Below the pieces are notes generated by a model. It had not been told where the DNA came from. It made no database searches and saw only the letters and a program-made list of their open reading frames with translations. This document shows positions 37,476 through 47,545 of a stretch of DNA of 64,000 bases, piece by piece. This DNA comes from Candidatus Moraniibacteriota bacterium (GTDB taxonomy: Bacteria > Patescibacteriota > Minisyncoccia > Moranbacterales > UBA2206). The position numbers and the translations under genes are program-made. Position 1 is the stretch's first letter. Each line of letters starts with the position of its first letter. The stretch lies in the NCBI GenBank assembly GCA_049303795.1, contig JBAQNM010000006.1, forward strand, positions 717-64,716, in the 5' to 3' direction.

Positions 37476-37787
37476 TTACTCAGCCGGAACAGTCGTTCCC
37501 GGAATCAACTCCACGGAAACAACATCACCATCCTCATCAAGAATGATGCAGCCTTTGAACTCGAATTTTGAGATTGACAATCGATGCTCGTGGCTGATTC
37601 CTTTGGAGAATTTTTCCATGTTGTTGTGGTGTCCCATTTCCATTATGCTCCACAGAGCAATAACGAAACCAATTATTAATGTTATTAAGATTATTTTTTT
37701 ACTGGTCTCAGATATAGAGGGCAAGACTAAAAACAAACAACAACCATAAACCATTAAACTTCCAATCACGGTGGCTATCGCATACAT
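37476..37787 (-). CDS. Hypothetical membrane protein (103 aa) with a His-rich loop (MEMGHHNNMEKF...HEH) in the high-GC islet
   Basis: Two TM helices plus a His-rich segment. Operon context. Confidence 0.35.
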   Translation of the reverse strand: MYAIATVIGSLMVYGCCLFLVLPSISETSKKIILITLIIGFVIALWSIMEMGHHNNMEKFSKGISHEHRLSISKFEFKGCIILDEDGDVVSVELIPGTTVPAE

Positions 37788-37845
37788 ATCTATCTCCTTC
37801 TTTTGTCAAAAAACTTGTTAATATTTCACGTGAAATCAATGACTT

Positions 37846-37871
37846 CAGTGATAATCACGTGGTTCAGACAC
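37846..37871. repeat. Right copy of the direct repeats flanking the high-GC islet. It lies between two CACGTG palindromes.
   Basis: CAGTGATAATCACGTGGTTCAGACA. Compare 36421..36466. Confidence 0.5.
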
Positions 37872-38107
37872 TAATCTGCAGGCAAAAATCTCAAACTAGG
37901 AGCCTGAGAAAAGGAACAAAATCGAGGTATAACGCAGCCAGTTCACTAAGAGCGAAAAAACCACCTTACCCATGTCTTGAAAAAAGTTCCCAATATTGAT
38001 GACAAAAGATAGAAGTCACCAATTGCCTGCAATTTACTGCTAGCCACTGCTTTTAGGAAAAAATCACAAAAAGCAATGACTAGCCAATTTAGCATAGTTT
38101 TTGCTTT

Positions 38108-38136
38108 TTGTCAAATGCGGTTATTTAGTGTATACT
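38108..38136 (+). promoter_or_regulatory. Putative sigma-70 promoter of ruvB (TTGTCA - 17 nt - TATACT)
   Basis: Near-consensus hexamers with a 17-nt spacer, about 40 nt upstream of the ruvB ATG. Confidence 0.5.
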
Positions 38137-38175
38137 TTACTTATAAGAACTAGCTAATATTCCCTAAATTACCCT

Positions 38176-39180
38176 ATGATCACTAATTCACATGAACAAT
38201 CTGAGGATATAACCCTGGATAACACGCTACGACCACAAAGCTTCAAGGAATATGTCGGACAAGAGAAAGTTAAAAAAAATCTTGATATTCTAATTCAATC
38301 AGCCAAAAAACGTCAAGAACAAATTGAACACGTTTTGCTTTATGGACCAGCGGGACTCGGAAAAACTACCCTTGCCAACATCATTGCTAAAGAATTAGGC
38401 GTAAATATCAAAACCACTTCTGGCCCAGCGATCGAGCGCGTGGGAGATTTTGGCTCGATTCTAACTAACTTGCAAGATGGTGACATTCTTTTTATTGACG
38501 AAATTCACAGACTTAATAAATCTATTGAAGAAATTCTTTATCCGGCTATGGAAGATTATAAGTTAGATATTATTATTGGCAAAGGACCATCAGCTCGAAC
38601 AATTCAACTGGACTTACCAAAATTCACTCTCATTGGCGCAACAACCAAACTAGGCTCACTTTCAAATCCTTTGCGCAACCGCTTTGGTGCCATTCATCGC
38701 CTGGAGTTCTATGAACAAGATGAGATCAAACGTATCCTAGAACGCTCGGGACGCATTTTGGAAATTCCCATGGAAGATTCCGGTATTTCTGAAATCGCCA
38801 AATGTTCACGTGCCACACCTCGTGTTGCCAATCGACTTTTGAAACGCGTGCGTGATTTTTCTCAAATCAAAAACTATCCTTCGATTGATAGTGCTCATGC
38901 CCGTGAAGCATTAGAAATGATTGATGTTGATCATATTGGCCTCGAACCATCTGACAGACACATCTTACGCACCATTATTGAAAAATTTTCTGGTGGTCCT
39001 GTTGGACTTTCCACAATTGCCGCAGCAACATCTGAAGAAGTTAAAACAATTGAAGATGTTTACGAGCCATACCTTTTACAAATCGGTTTTCTCGCAAGAA
39101 CTCCTCGCGGAAGAACCGCTACTGAATCAGCCTATAAACATCTTGGCATAGAATTTCCCAATAATAGCCTCCACTTTTAA
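38176..39180 (+). CDS. ruvB: Holliday junction DNA helicase RuvB
   Basis: Walker [22 protein letters not shown] sensor region. 334 aa with a typical RuvB N-terminus ([16 protein letters not shown]). Confidence 0.95.
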   Translation: MITNSHEQSEDITLDNTLRPQSFKEYVGQEKVKKNLDILIQSAKKRQEQIEHVLLYGPAGLGKTTLANIIAKELGVNIKTTSGPAIERVGDFGSILTNLQDGDILFIDEIHRLNKSIEEILYPAMEDYKLDIIIGKGPSARTIQLDLPKFTLIGATTKLGSLSNPLRNRFGAIHRLEFYEQDEIKRILERSGRILEIPMEDSGISEIAKCSRATPRVANRLLKRVRDFSQIKNYPSIDSAHAREALEMIDVDHIGLEPSDRHILRTIIEKFSGGPVGLSTIAAATSEEVKTIEDVYEPYLLQIGFLARTPRGRTATESAYKHLGIEFPNNSLHF

Positions 39181-39202
39181 GTTAATTTTTTTTATTTAAT
39201 AT

Positions 39203-39442
39203 ATGTTCGCTATTGTCTATTCATTTTATGCCTTGCTTGTTTTAATGAATCTCGTCTTTTATATTTTTATTGTTTATCATTTAATTAACTACTCCGTAAA
39301 CACGCAATTTAGTCGTATTATGGTTTACATTTTCACCATCGGCTCTGTTATTTTAATTATTTCAAATATCACCTTATTTTCCATAGTTGATTGGAAAATA
39401 GCTTTGGAAAATGCATTTCCTAATAAAATTAACTTTCTTTAA
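39203..39442 (+). CDS. Hypothetical small membrane protein (79 aa)
   Basis: Two hydrophobic helices. Confidence 0.3.
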   Translation: MFAIVYSFYALLVLMNLVFYIFIVYHLINYSVNTQFSRIMVYIFTIGSVILIISNITLFSIVDWKIALENAFPNKINFL

Positions 39443-39444
39443 TT

Positions 39445-40032
39445 ATGGAACATTTTAATCGATATCATTTCAAAGGGCAAAAATTAAATGAGAAGATACT
39501 CATGGTTATTCATCGTCACTGGTTTGATATCTTAAGTCAATTTTTGGTTATTTTTGCTATGCTTCTTTTTTTGCTTGGTAGCTTCTTTTTGGGTCCTCAA
39601 TTTTTCCCCAATCTAGATAATCTCGTTAGCTCTGGTCTACTTTCTTTTTTGCAAAACTTTTTTCTACTCATTACTTGGATGCTCGCTTTTATCCTTTGGA
39701 TTGATTATTACTTTGATGTTTGGATTGTCACCAATGAAAGAATTGTTAATGTCGAACAAAAAGGTTTATTTTTCCGCAGTATTAGTGAATTAAAGCTGGA
39801 GAACATTCAAGATGTAACCGTAGAAGTGTCTGGAATCATTCCAACGTTTCTGAATTATGGAGACCTCTTTATTCAAACCGCTGCTGAAAAGGAACGCTTT
39901 GTTTTTAAACACGTCCCCAACCCATATGCCATTAAAGATTTAATTATGAATCTCCAGAAAAACTATGAGAAGAAAGAAGCTCGAGATCTAGGCGCAGCAA
40001 TTAGAAGAGAAATTCACGATGAATTAAGTTAA
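39445..40032 (+). CDS. Membrane protein with a bacterial PH-like (YdbS/YdbT-type) domain
   Basis: Two N-terminal TM helices followed by a domain of about 100 aa. The pattern is reminiscent of bPH_2 proteins. Weak call. Confidence 0.3.
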   Translation: MEHFNRYHFKGQKLNEKILMVIHRHWFDILSQFLVIFAMLLFLLGSFFLGPQFFPNLDNLVSSGLLSFLQNFFLLITWMLAFILWIDYYFDVWIVTNERIVNVEQKGLFFRSISELKLENIQDVTVEVSGIIPTFLNYGDLFIQTAAEKERFVFKHVPNPYAIKDLIMNLQKNYEKKEARDLGAAIRREIHDELS

Positions 40033-40047
40033 CTTAGAAAGTTTTTA

Positions 40048-41898
40048 ATGTCTTTTTTGAAAAACAAAAATAAATCTATCTTTGTTTTGGTTATTTTTTT
40101 CTGGCTAGTTTCAATAGCTAGCTTTTTTATTTGGGGGAAAATTTGCAAAGCCGAACCAATTTTAAAAATAACAAACGTTCAATTTAGTGGCGGAGCTGGT
40201 AAGACTGATGAAGATTTTATTGAAATCACTAATACAACAGAAAATGAGCTCAATCTTAATGAATACAAACTTGTCAAAAAAACATCTTCCGGAACACGAA
40301 CTAGCATAGTATCTTTTAGTAATGAAGATTCTATCCCTCCTGAAAAAACTTATCTCTGGGCTAGTAGTGAAAATGATGACTTTCCTAAAAAAATAGGCGC
40401 CGACATTTGGAGAGAAGAAACTATTTCTGAAAATAATGGCATTGCAATAATATTAGGCAACAAGGATACTGGAGTTATTATCGACAGCTTGAATTGGAAA
40501 AAAGAAGATGAACCAGAAGATGAAGATGTTCCACCAGAAGAAACCGCAGATTATTCAAAAATCAGAATCAATGAAATTTATCCGGCGCCTAACACTAAAG
40601 AAGACGAAGAAGAATTTGTAGAGATAATAAATGAAAGTGAAAAAACTCCTGATTTTTCCGATTGGACTATTAAGGATTCCAAGGGAGCCAAGGGAAAAAT
40701 TTCTCGGCACGAAAAAGACGGCGCTTTTATTGTTTTCTATGGTTCATTTTCACTCAATAATGATTCTAAGGGTGACACGGTTTTTCTTTATGACAAAAAA
40801 GACGCTTTGATTGCCAGTCAAAAATATGCCACCGGAAAAACTGCCTACTCCTATTCTTTTGACGGCTCCGCTTGGCGATGGACTCCACATATTACACCGG
40901 GCGCAGACAATGAATTTGCGGAAATTCTCTCTGGAAAAATCAAAAAGGATAAAACTATTTACGCCGGAGTTTATGCTAATTTTGAAGTCTCTAATAGCAA
41001 AAAAGCTAAAAAATTCACTTGGAACTTTGGCGATGGACATAAAAGCTATCTCAAAAAAACTCGTCATAAATATGAAAAAACTGGAAAATATACTGCCAGC
41101 CTAAAAATTACTGGTGACGGCGAAGATAATCTAATTGAATTTGAAATTAAAGTAGAAAAATATAATGCACCAAAAGTTCGCATAATAAGTTTATCAGCCA
41201 ATCCGAAGGGAAGTGATACGAAAAATGAATGGATTGAAATTGAAAATAAATCTAAGAAAAAAGTAAATCTTAAAGGTTGGTCAATTGCCACTGGCTGGAA
41301 AAAATTCATCAATCATCCCATAAGAGAAGATTTCGAAATCAAACCTGGAAAATCAAAAAAATTATTGCGCGATATCTGCGCTTTCTCCTTAACTAATACT
41401 AAAAATAAACTTGAACTCAGAAGTCCTGATGGAAAAACAATTCAAGATATGAAATACAATCATAAAGATGCTTCAATTTCTGATGATGAAATTTATCAGA
41501 AAAATAAAAGTGGCTGGGCTTGGGTAAAAGCGCCAATACTAATGGAAGATAGTGCCACAGAAAAATCCACCGTGAACAATCTAAGCGCCCCACAGCAGCT
41601 TGAAATAGAAGAAAACATTCAACCCCAAATTGATATTGATTTATCCTCCATAGGAAAATCTTCCAAAAATCCAAGATGGGAAAGGAAAAAAGATACTCAA
41701 ATTACTTTACTTTTTTCCAAATCAAAAATCGATTCAGCCAAGTTTTTAGATAAAACTCAGGGACAGGTCCTGGGCATTTCAACTATAAAACATCTTTCAA
41801 ATAGTCAGATAAAAACTGAGTCTGAAAAATCGAAACTATTCAACCAACTTTGGAAAAAAATCAATTCAAAATTGAACAAGTTAATACTAAATTTCTAA
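40048..41898 (+). CDS. Surface protein with an N-terminal TM anchor, three lamin-tail-domain (LTD) repeats and a PKD-like domain
   Basis: LTD signatures are read at three places: KITNVQFSGG..DEDFIEITNTTENELNLNEYKL, IRINEIYPAPN..EEEFVEIINESEKTPDFSDWTI and VRIISLSANPKGSDTKNEWIEIENKSKKKVNLKGWSI. PKD-like motif FTWNFGDGH. Confidence 0.6.
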   Translation: MSFLKNKNKSIFVLVIFFWLVSIASFFIWGKICKAEPILKITNVQFSGGAGKTDEDFIEITNTTENELNLNEYKLVKKTSSGTRTSIVSFSNEDSIPPEKTYLWASSENDDFPKKIGADIWREETISENNGIAIILGNKDTGVIIDSLNWKKEDEPEDEDVPPEETADYSKIRINEIYPAPNTKEDEEEFVEIINESEKTPDFSDWTIKDSKGAKGKISRHEKDGAFIVFYGSFSLNNDSKGDTVFLYDKKDALIASQKYATGKTAYSYSFDGSAWRWTPHITPGADNEFAEILSGKIKKDKTIYAGVYANFEVSNSKKAKKFTWNFGDGHKSYLKKTRHKYEKTGKYTASLKITGDGEDNLIEFEIKVEKYNAPKVRIISLSANPKGSDTKNEWIEIENKSKKKVNLKGWSIATGWKKFINHPIREDFEIKPGKSKKLLRDICAFSLTNTKNKLELRSPDGKTIQDMKYNHKDASISDDEIYQKNKSGWAWVKAPILMEDSATEKSTVNNLSAPQQLEIEENIQPQIDIDLSSIGKSSKNPRWERKKDTQITLLFSKSKIDSAKFLDKTQGQVLGISTIKHLSNSQIKTESEKSKLFNQLWKKINSKLNKLILNF

Positions 41899-41899
41899 A

Positions 41900-42421
41900 C
41901 TAAAGAAGGTTTTTGATTTTATTTTTTATCAATTCAAAATCATCATACTTATGATTATTACCTAAAATTTCTATCACTTTAATATTTTTCTTGTCTAATC
42001 TTTGAATCATTTCTTGAACTTCTTCAAAAGGAGTATAGGGATCATTTGAGTTTTGAATGATAACTGTTAGTATGTCATATTTTTCCAGCCAAATTTCCAA
42101 GGGAAAGTTATTTTCCTTTGCCCAGCTAATTGGCAACCCAACAAAGATACATCTCTTTGGTTTTACATCTCCATCAAAAACTCCATAAATAGAAAGCAGC
42201 GATCCAGCGGATTTGGCAAAAACAATATATTCTTTTTCATTTCCAATATTCTCTTTCAATTTTTTCAGTTCAATATCTAAATTGATTATTTCTTCGCCAG
42301 TATCCCAATGGGAATAATATTGTTCATATTGATCTTCAAAAATATCTAAAAAAGCTTGGCCGGCATCATCCGCCCATTCTTTATTTGCTTGGCCATTTCC
42401 TGGTAAAATAATTAGTTTCAT
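41900..42421 (-). CDS. Alpha/beta-hydrolase-fold serine hydrolase (YdeN/RBBP9-like)
   Basis: Nucleophile elbow FAKSAGS (GxSxG-like) and 173 aa. Confidence 0.45.
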   Translation of the reverse strand: MKLIILPGNGQANKEWADDAGQAFLDIFEDQYEQYYSHWDTGEEIINLDIELKKLKENIGNEKEYIVFAKSAGSLLSIYGVFDGDVKPKRCIFVGLPISWAKENNFPLEIWLEKYDILTVIIQNSNDPYTPFEEVQEMIQRLDKKNIKVIEILGNNHKYDDFELIKNKIKNLL

Positions 42422-42520
42422 GAATACATTATAGCACGGTAATAATATCCTTCCCTTGAATATTACATTTTCAAATGCTAAACTTAATTTATATTAATTA
42501 CCATTAACTTATTTACTACT

Positions 42521-43234
42521 ATGTCAGGACACTCACATTGGGCTGGAATAAAGCATCGCAAAGGGATAAATGATGCCAAACGTGCCAAGATTTTTACTAA
42601 ACTCGCCAAACCAATTGTTATTGCGGCACGTGAAAGCGGTGGTAACCCGGATACAAATTTCAAACTCAGAATGGCCATAAAAAAAGCCCAGGAATTTAAT
42701 ATGCCCAAAGACAATATTGACAAAGCGGTTAAAAAAGGAACGGGCGAATTAGGTGACGTAGAAATTTCAGAAATCATTTATGAGGCCATGGGTCCAGGCA
42801 ACATCATGATGCTCATCAAAACTTCCACTGACAATAAAAACCGCACAGTCAGCGAAGTCAAAAGCATTATCACTAAAGCTGGTGGAAAATTTGGTGAAGC
42901 TGGCAGTGCTATGTGGAATTTTGAACAAGTTGGTGGCATCATAATTGATTTGACTGGCAAAGATGCAGACGAGCTCGAAATGCTCGCCATTGAAGCCGGG
43001 GCCAAAGATACTAAAATTGAAGAAGATTTACTTTTCATCTACACAGAACCTCAGGACCTGCAAAAAGTTCAAGAAAAATTAATCGAAAAAAATATTGAAA
43101 TTTCTGAATCCAATCTAACCTTCTTGCCAAAAACTACTGTCGAAATTAATGAAAGCACTCAGGAAAGCTACGACAAACTTCTTGAAACTCTTGATGAACA
43201 AGAGGATGTGGAGGAAATTTTTGATAATTTATAA
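42521..43234 (+). CDS. YebC/PmpR-family transcriptional regulatory protein
   Basis: The N-terminus MSGHSHWAGIKHRKG...AKRAKIFTKL is diagnostic for the YebC family. Confidence 0.9.
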   Translation: MSGHSHWAGIKHRKGINDAKRAKIFTKLAKPIVIAARESGGNPDTNFKLRMAIKKAQEFNMPKDNIDKAVKKGTGELGDVEISEIIYEAMGPGNIMMLIKTSTDNKNRTVSEVKSIITKAGGKFGEAGSAMWNFEQVGGIIIDLTGKDADELEMLAIEAGAKDTKIEEDLLFIYTEPQDLQKVQEKLIEKNIEISESNLTFLPKTTVEINESTQESYDKLLETLDEQEDVEEIFDNL

Positions 43235-43242
43235 AATAATCC

Positions 43243-43806
43243 GTGAACATTTTTGAATCAATCCACGCAACACCCATAGAATTAATTGCCGGATTTGGAT
43301 ATTTAATCGGCCATTTTTTACTTTCAAATAAGCGTACTTCTGGATGGATTATTAAAATGATTGGTGCAATAGCTTGGACTACCTTTCTATTTCAAAATCA
43401 AAATTATATATTTATGTCAGTTTCTATTATTATAGTTTTAATGATGCTCTACGGTTTTTATAAATGGAAAATTGGCCAATATAACAAACAAACTAACATA
43501 GACAGATTTTTTGAGATTATTGCCGCAGTTGTGGCAATATCCATGATCTTAAGATTCGCCTTTTCTGGCATTTATCATTTAGGCCCACTTTTTGAAAGCC
43601 TAATCGTTACCGCAGAAATACTTGGAACAATCTTATTAGCAAACAAAAAAATAGCTGGGTGGTACTTTTATATCATCATGAGTATATTAGTAGGTATTTT
43701 AGTAATTTTTGTTAATCCAAAACCAGCAATAATTCTCGGCATCCTAGAAATGGCTTCGATTTATTTTTATTACAATGGGATTAAAAATTTTTCTAAAAAA
43801 ATATAA
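43243..43806 (+). CDS. Hypothetical polytopic membrane protein (possibly PnuC-like)
   Basis: 6-7 hydrophobic helices with Trp-containing segments. Weak resemblance to nicotinamide riboside transporters. Confidence 0.3.
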   Translation: MNIFESIHATPIELIAGFGYLIGHFLLSNKRTSGWIIKMIGAIAWTTFLFQNQNYIFMSVSIIIVLMMLYGFYKWKIGQYNKQTNIDRFFEIIAAVVAISMILRFAFSGIYHLGPLFESLIVTAEILGTILLANKKIAGWYFYIIMSILVGILVIFVNPKPAIILGILEMASIYFYYNGIKNFSKKI

Positions 43807-43815
43807 TATAAAAAA

Positions 43816-43852
43816 TCTAACTACGTACTAATGTAGTTTAGTTTTTTTTCTT
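43816..43852 (+). terminator. Terminator hairpin CTAACTACgtactaatGTAGTTTAG followed by a T-run
   Basis: 8-9-bp stem followed by TTTTTTTT. Confidence 0.55.
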
Positions 43853-43975
43853 AGAAAGTACTAAAAAATATTTGAAACACCTTCCCGCACAAGCCAAATT
43901 TTTTTGTAATAAATACAGATTTAATGCTACAATAAAGCTACGGTTTAGCTTAAGAAATCACAACTCAATCTCATT

Positions 43976-44530
43976 ATGAAAAACAATGCCCTAAAAATAC
44001 TCTTTATCTATAATGGTATTTTTGTTTTTGCTTCGGGACTACTCGGACCTCTTTATGCTATTTTTGTTGGAACAATTGATAAAAATATAATCTCCATAAG
44101 CATATCCTGGTCAGTCTTCTTGCTATCAACTACATTATCAATGTTATTCCTTAGAAATTACGGAGATAAAGTAAGGGAAAAAGAATACTTCCTTTTAGCA
44201 GGATTTTTGATTAGGGCCCTTGTGTGGTTCACATTCCCTTTTATTTCCACAATCTTTTTTTTAATTATATTGCAAGCATTACTTGGTATTGGAGAAGCCC
44301 TTGGTTCTCCTACGTTTGATACTATTTTTGCTGAACATCTCGATGATGGCAGACATATCAGGGAATATACTGATTGGAAGTTAATCTCCAACATTGCTAG
44401 CGCATTTGCAATTATTCTAGGTGGAATAATAATCAAACGATTTGGCTTTTCAATACTATTTTACATAATGGGAGTCTTGTCTTTAATTTCCTTTTTTGGT
44501 ATTTTATTTAAACCGAGAAAGTTATTATAA
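43976..44530 (+). CDS. Hypothetical membrane protein, MFS-half-like (6 TM)
   Basis: 184 aa. LLGIGEALGSPTF resembles an MFS motif. Confidence 0.3.
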   Translation: MKNNALKILFIYNGIFVFASGLLGPLYAIFVGTIDKNIISISISWSVFLLSTTLSMLFLRNYGDKVREKEYFLLAGFLIRALVWFTFPFISTIFFLIILQALLGIGEALGSPTFDTIFAEHLDDGRHIREYTDWKLISNIASAFAIILGGIIIKRFGFSILFYIMGVLSLISFFGILFKPRKLL

Positions 44531-44549
44531 AAAACTAACCAATCTCCTT

Positions 44550-44903
44550 ATGTTTAAAATAATAAAAATTTCTCACACATTAGTCTGGATTGTTATGGTT
44601 TCGGCCTGTTTTTATATTCTATACGCTGGCCTCACCAATACATTTGATTTAATTTTAGTTATTTCTATAATCTTACTCACTATAGAATCATTGGTGCTCA
44701 TATTCAATAACTGGACTTGCCCTTTCACTCCACTAGCAGAAAAATACACCACTGAAAAAAGTCATAATTTTGATATTTATATTCCAAGTTGGCTAGCTAA
44801 ATATAATAAACTTATCTTTGGGATAATCTTTGTAATGGGGATGATGCTGGTTATTTTTAATTGGATAACAAAATTCAAAACAATATGCACAATATCTTTT
44901 TAA
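44550..44903 (+). CDS. Hypothetical small membrane protein
   Basis: Start moved to the internal ATG (MFKIIKISHTLVWIVMV) to avoid overlap. Three helices. Confidence 0.3.
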   Translation: MFKIIKISHTLVWIVMVSACFYILYAGLTNTFDLILVISIILLTIESLVLIFNNWTCPFTPLAEKYTTEKSHNFDIYIPSWLAKYNKLIFGIIFVMGMMLVIFNWITKFKTICTISF

Positions 44904-45565
44904 TTCCTGGCTATGGGATACCTAAAAATATCCTAGAAGACGAAAATTATAATTTTTATTTAAAGCTGGCCTTTAATAAGATTTATAATTTTGTAGCGGA
45001 AAGCACCCCGGCAGAAACTCTAATTATTTGTTGTGGTGGAAAAACAGATATGATTAAGCCCTACAAACGAACCGAGGCTGATGAAATGAATAAGTTTTTT
45101 GCAGAATTAATTAAACAAAAACCATTTTTAGCTCCAATAACCAAAAACTGGGTTTTTATTTCTGAGAAAGAGTCACTATCAACCTTAGAGAATCTAATCA
45201 ACAGTAAGAAAATAATTGAAAAACAAAAAATTAAAAATGCTCGTATTTTTATTTTTTGCGAACAAACACGCGAAAAGCGTATTAAAACTTTAGCTAAAAA
45301 AATATTCAGCAGTGCTCACAACATTAAAATCATAGCGATTGATTTTGATCTATCCTCAAATAGATATTTATCACCAGAGTTTCTCGCTAAAAAAGAAAAG
45401 GCTAATCTAAAACATCTCTTATGGGCAATGCAAAGTCCGGAAAATCTAAAGAAGCATCGCGAGCTCCTTATTGAAAAAATAAACTACTTGCGCAAAGCAG
45501 GACCAAAAGCACATACCGACGCTGTAAAAAAATGGTGGGAACAAAAACTCAAGGAGTTAGACTAA
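44861..45565 (+). CDS. YdcF/ElyC/SanA-like (DUF218) protein
   Basis: IICCGGKTD...EADEM...ESLSTLENL pattern resembles the DUF218 core. Confidence 0.4.
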   Translation: MDNKIQNNMHNIFLIPGYGIPKNILEDENYNFYLKLAFNKIYNFVAESTPAETLIICCGGKTDMIKPYKRTEADEMNKFFAELIKQKPFLAPITKNWVFISEKESLSTLENLINSKKIIEKQKIKNARIFIFCEQTREKRIKTLAKKIFSSAHNIKIIAIDFDLSSNRYLSPEFLAKKEKANLKHLLWAMQSPENLKKHRELLIEKINYLRKAGPKAHTDAVKKWWEQKLKELD

Positions 45566-45614
45566 AACCCTAAAAGATTCATGCATAAATAAAAGAGTTG
45601 TATTTATATTTTAT

Positions 45615-46307
45615 ATGAAAGAAAATTTTAAAAAAATACCCAGACTTCCGCTATCAGCTTTGATTTTTTATTTGAGCATTCTTATTCTCTGGAAGTTTGG
45701 CTTCATTCCAAGCCCAAGCAATATCCTTGTTTTTTTAGAAAATTTATATACATCTTATGGATTAACTGGACTTTTCATCGCTTCCTTTCTTGAAGGAATT
45801 GTTTATCTTGGTTTATATTTTCCTGGCTCTTTTATCGTTGCCCTAGCAGTCATTTTATCAGATGGAAGCTTTACTTCCCTCCTCTTAATCAGTTTGATTG
45901 TTGCTTCTGCGCTAACAATAACTGCCTTAATAAATTATTCCTTTGGAAAAAAGATAGGAATTAATAAACAAAAAAATCAACTGCCACCTAAAGAAAATAG
46001 GGTTTTATCGAATGGATTGCTCATATCGATGTTACACCCAAATTCTTTAGCTTTCTATTTTTTTAATTCCGGCATAAAAAAACAAAATTTTCTAAAAATT
46101 TTATTCGTCCCTCTCGTTATGATTCCTTATGGACTTGCAGTTGGATATTTGCTTTATTCCATAAAAGGAGCTGTAAAGAAAGCCGTTGAAAGCCCTTATC
46201 TTATGATAACAATAATTTTAATTTGGATATTATTAGCTTTTGTAATAGAAATTAGAAAAACTTATCAAAATAATAACCATACAAAAGAATATGGGAAAGA
46301 TTTTTGA
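45615..46307 (+). CDS. Hypothetical membrane protein (DedA/SNARE-associated-like)
   Basis: FLEGIVYLGLYFPGSFIVALA motif and 5-6 TM helices. Confidence 0.35.
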   Translation: MKENFKKIPRLPLSALIFYLSILILWKFGFIPSPSNILVFLENLYTSYGLTGLFIASFLEGIVYLGLYFPGSFIVALAVILSDGSFTSLLLISLIVASALTITALINYSFGKKIGINKQKNQLPPKENRVLSNGLLISMLHPNSLAFYFFNSGIKKQNFLKILFVPLVMIPYGLAVGYLLYSIKGAVKKAVESPYLMITIILIWILLAFVIEIRKTYQNNNHTKEYGKDF

Positions 46308-46372
46308 TAACTTGGAATTTTAAAAGCCAAGTTCATGGAATAGCGAACCTGGCTTTTTAAATACTTCTTATG

Positions 46373-46546
46373 CTATGAGTAACCTAAGAATTTTTCATGC
46401 GGACTCGCTTCTTTCTTTCCACACTTAATACATGCTTTTTTTACCGCAAGCCAGTGCTCCCTTCGGCCGCAACCATTAGGTTGCGACCATTTCCATTTTT
46501 CTATTTGTACAAAAAAATGCTCACATTCCCCTTTCTTTTTTAGCAT
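46373..46546 (-). CDS. Unannotated small Cys/His-rich ORF (57 aa, zinc-ribbon-like, C-x-H...C...C-x2-C)
   Basis: Strong RBS AAAGGGGGT 5 nt upstream of the ATG. The ORF is GC-richer than its surroundings. Not in the supplied ORF track. Confidence 0.3.
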   Translation of the reverse strand: MLKKKGECEHFFVQIEKWKWSQPNGCGRREHWLAVKKACIKCGKKEASPHEKFLGYS

Positions 46547-46714
46547 GATACCCCCTTTTTTTAAAATAAACTACAATAAGAACTGTCCTTATAATAGTCA
46601 TTAAATTTTATAATTACAAAGTTTTTATTAATTACTTGACTAAAATAGCCATTATGTGCTATTTTTTTAATATTAAATAAGACGATATTGTCGTCACTTT
46701 AATATTAATCACCT

Positions 46715-47473
46715 ATGAACAGAATAGAAAAAATATCCAAGGCACTCAATCTTTCAATTTACGAAGCAAAGATATATATTGCGCTCCAACAAAATGGCCC
46801 TCTCCTGATAAAAACACTTTCTAGACATGCAGAAATTCCAAGAACAACTATCTATACTCCGTTGCAAAAACTCCTCAAAAGGGGATTCGCTTCAAAAACT
46901 GTTTTTGGAAAACGTACATATTATTCCGCAATTCAACCAGAATATCTTCTTGGATTTATTGATGAACAAAAAAATCTTCTTCAGCAAACGATTTTAGAAT
47001 TAAATGGATTGGGAAAAATTCAGTCAGAAAAAAATAATTTTGAAACTACCTTTCATAGTGGAATAAACGGAATTAAAACTGCCGGATTATTTTTTTTACA
47101 TAATACCAAAGAAAAAACATGGTACTCTTTTGAAAACCTAGACTTAATAACAGAAAAGGTTAGTTTTGAGTTTGAAACATTTTATATAAAAGAGCGTGTC
47201 GCAAGAAAAATTAAATCAAAAATGATTCTTTCTTTCTCGGAAAAATCTTTTATATCTAATAATTTTTTAAAAAATGACATAAAAGACCTAAGGGAAACCG
47301 TATTGCTTTCTCAAAATCAATACCCCTTCCAAACAACAGTAGTTGCTACAAAAGGATTGGCACTTCTAATAAATCCCAATGAAAATCCTTTTGCTTTGTT
47401 AATTCGCAATAAACATTTAGCCGATACGTTTATCACTATCCATAAATGTTTATGGGGAAAATATAAAGCATAG
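46715..47473 (+). CDS. TrmB-like winged-helix transcriptional regulator, paralog 7 of 9
   Basis: N-terminal wHTH (EAKIYIALQQNGPLLIKTLSRHAEIPRTTIYTPLQKLLKRGF). Palindrome GACGA-tattg-TCGTC at 46681..46695 immediately upstream. Confidence 0.55.
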   Translation: MNRIEKISKALNLSIYEAKIYIALQQNGPLLIKTLSRHAEIPRTTIYTPLQKLLKRGFASKTVFGKRTYYSAIQPEYLLGFIDEQKNLLQQTILELNGLGKIQSEKNNFETTFHSGINGIKTAGLFFLHNTKEKTWYSFENLDLITEKVSFEFETFYIKERVARKIKSKMILSFSEKSFISNNFLKNDIKDLRETVLLSQNQYPFQTTVVATKGLALLINPNENPFALLIRNKHLADTFITIHKCLWGKYKA

Positions 47474-47545
47474 ATAAAAAGTTCCGTTAATCTAATAAAA
47501 TCCTTTCCGAAACTTTATTTTGAGGTTATAATATAAACATAAATT

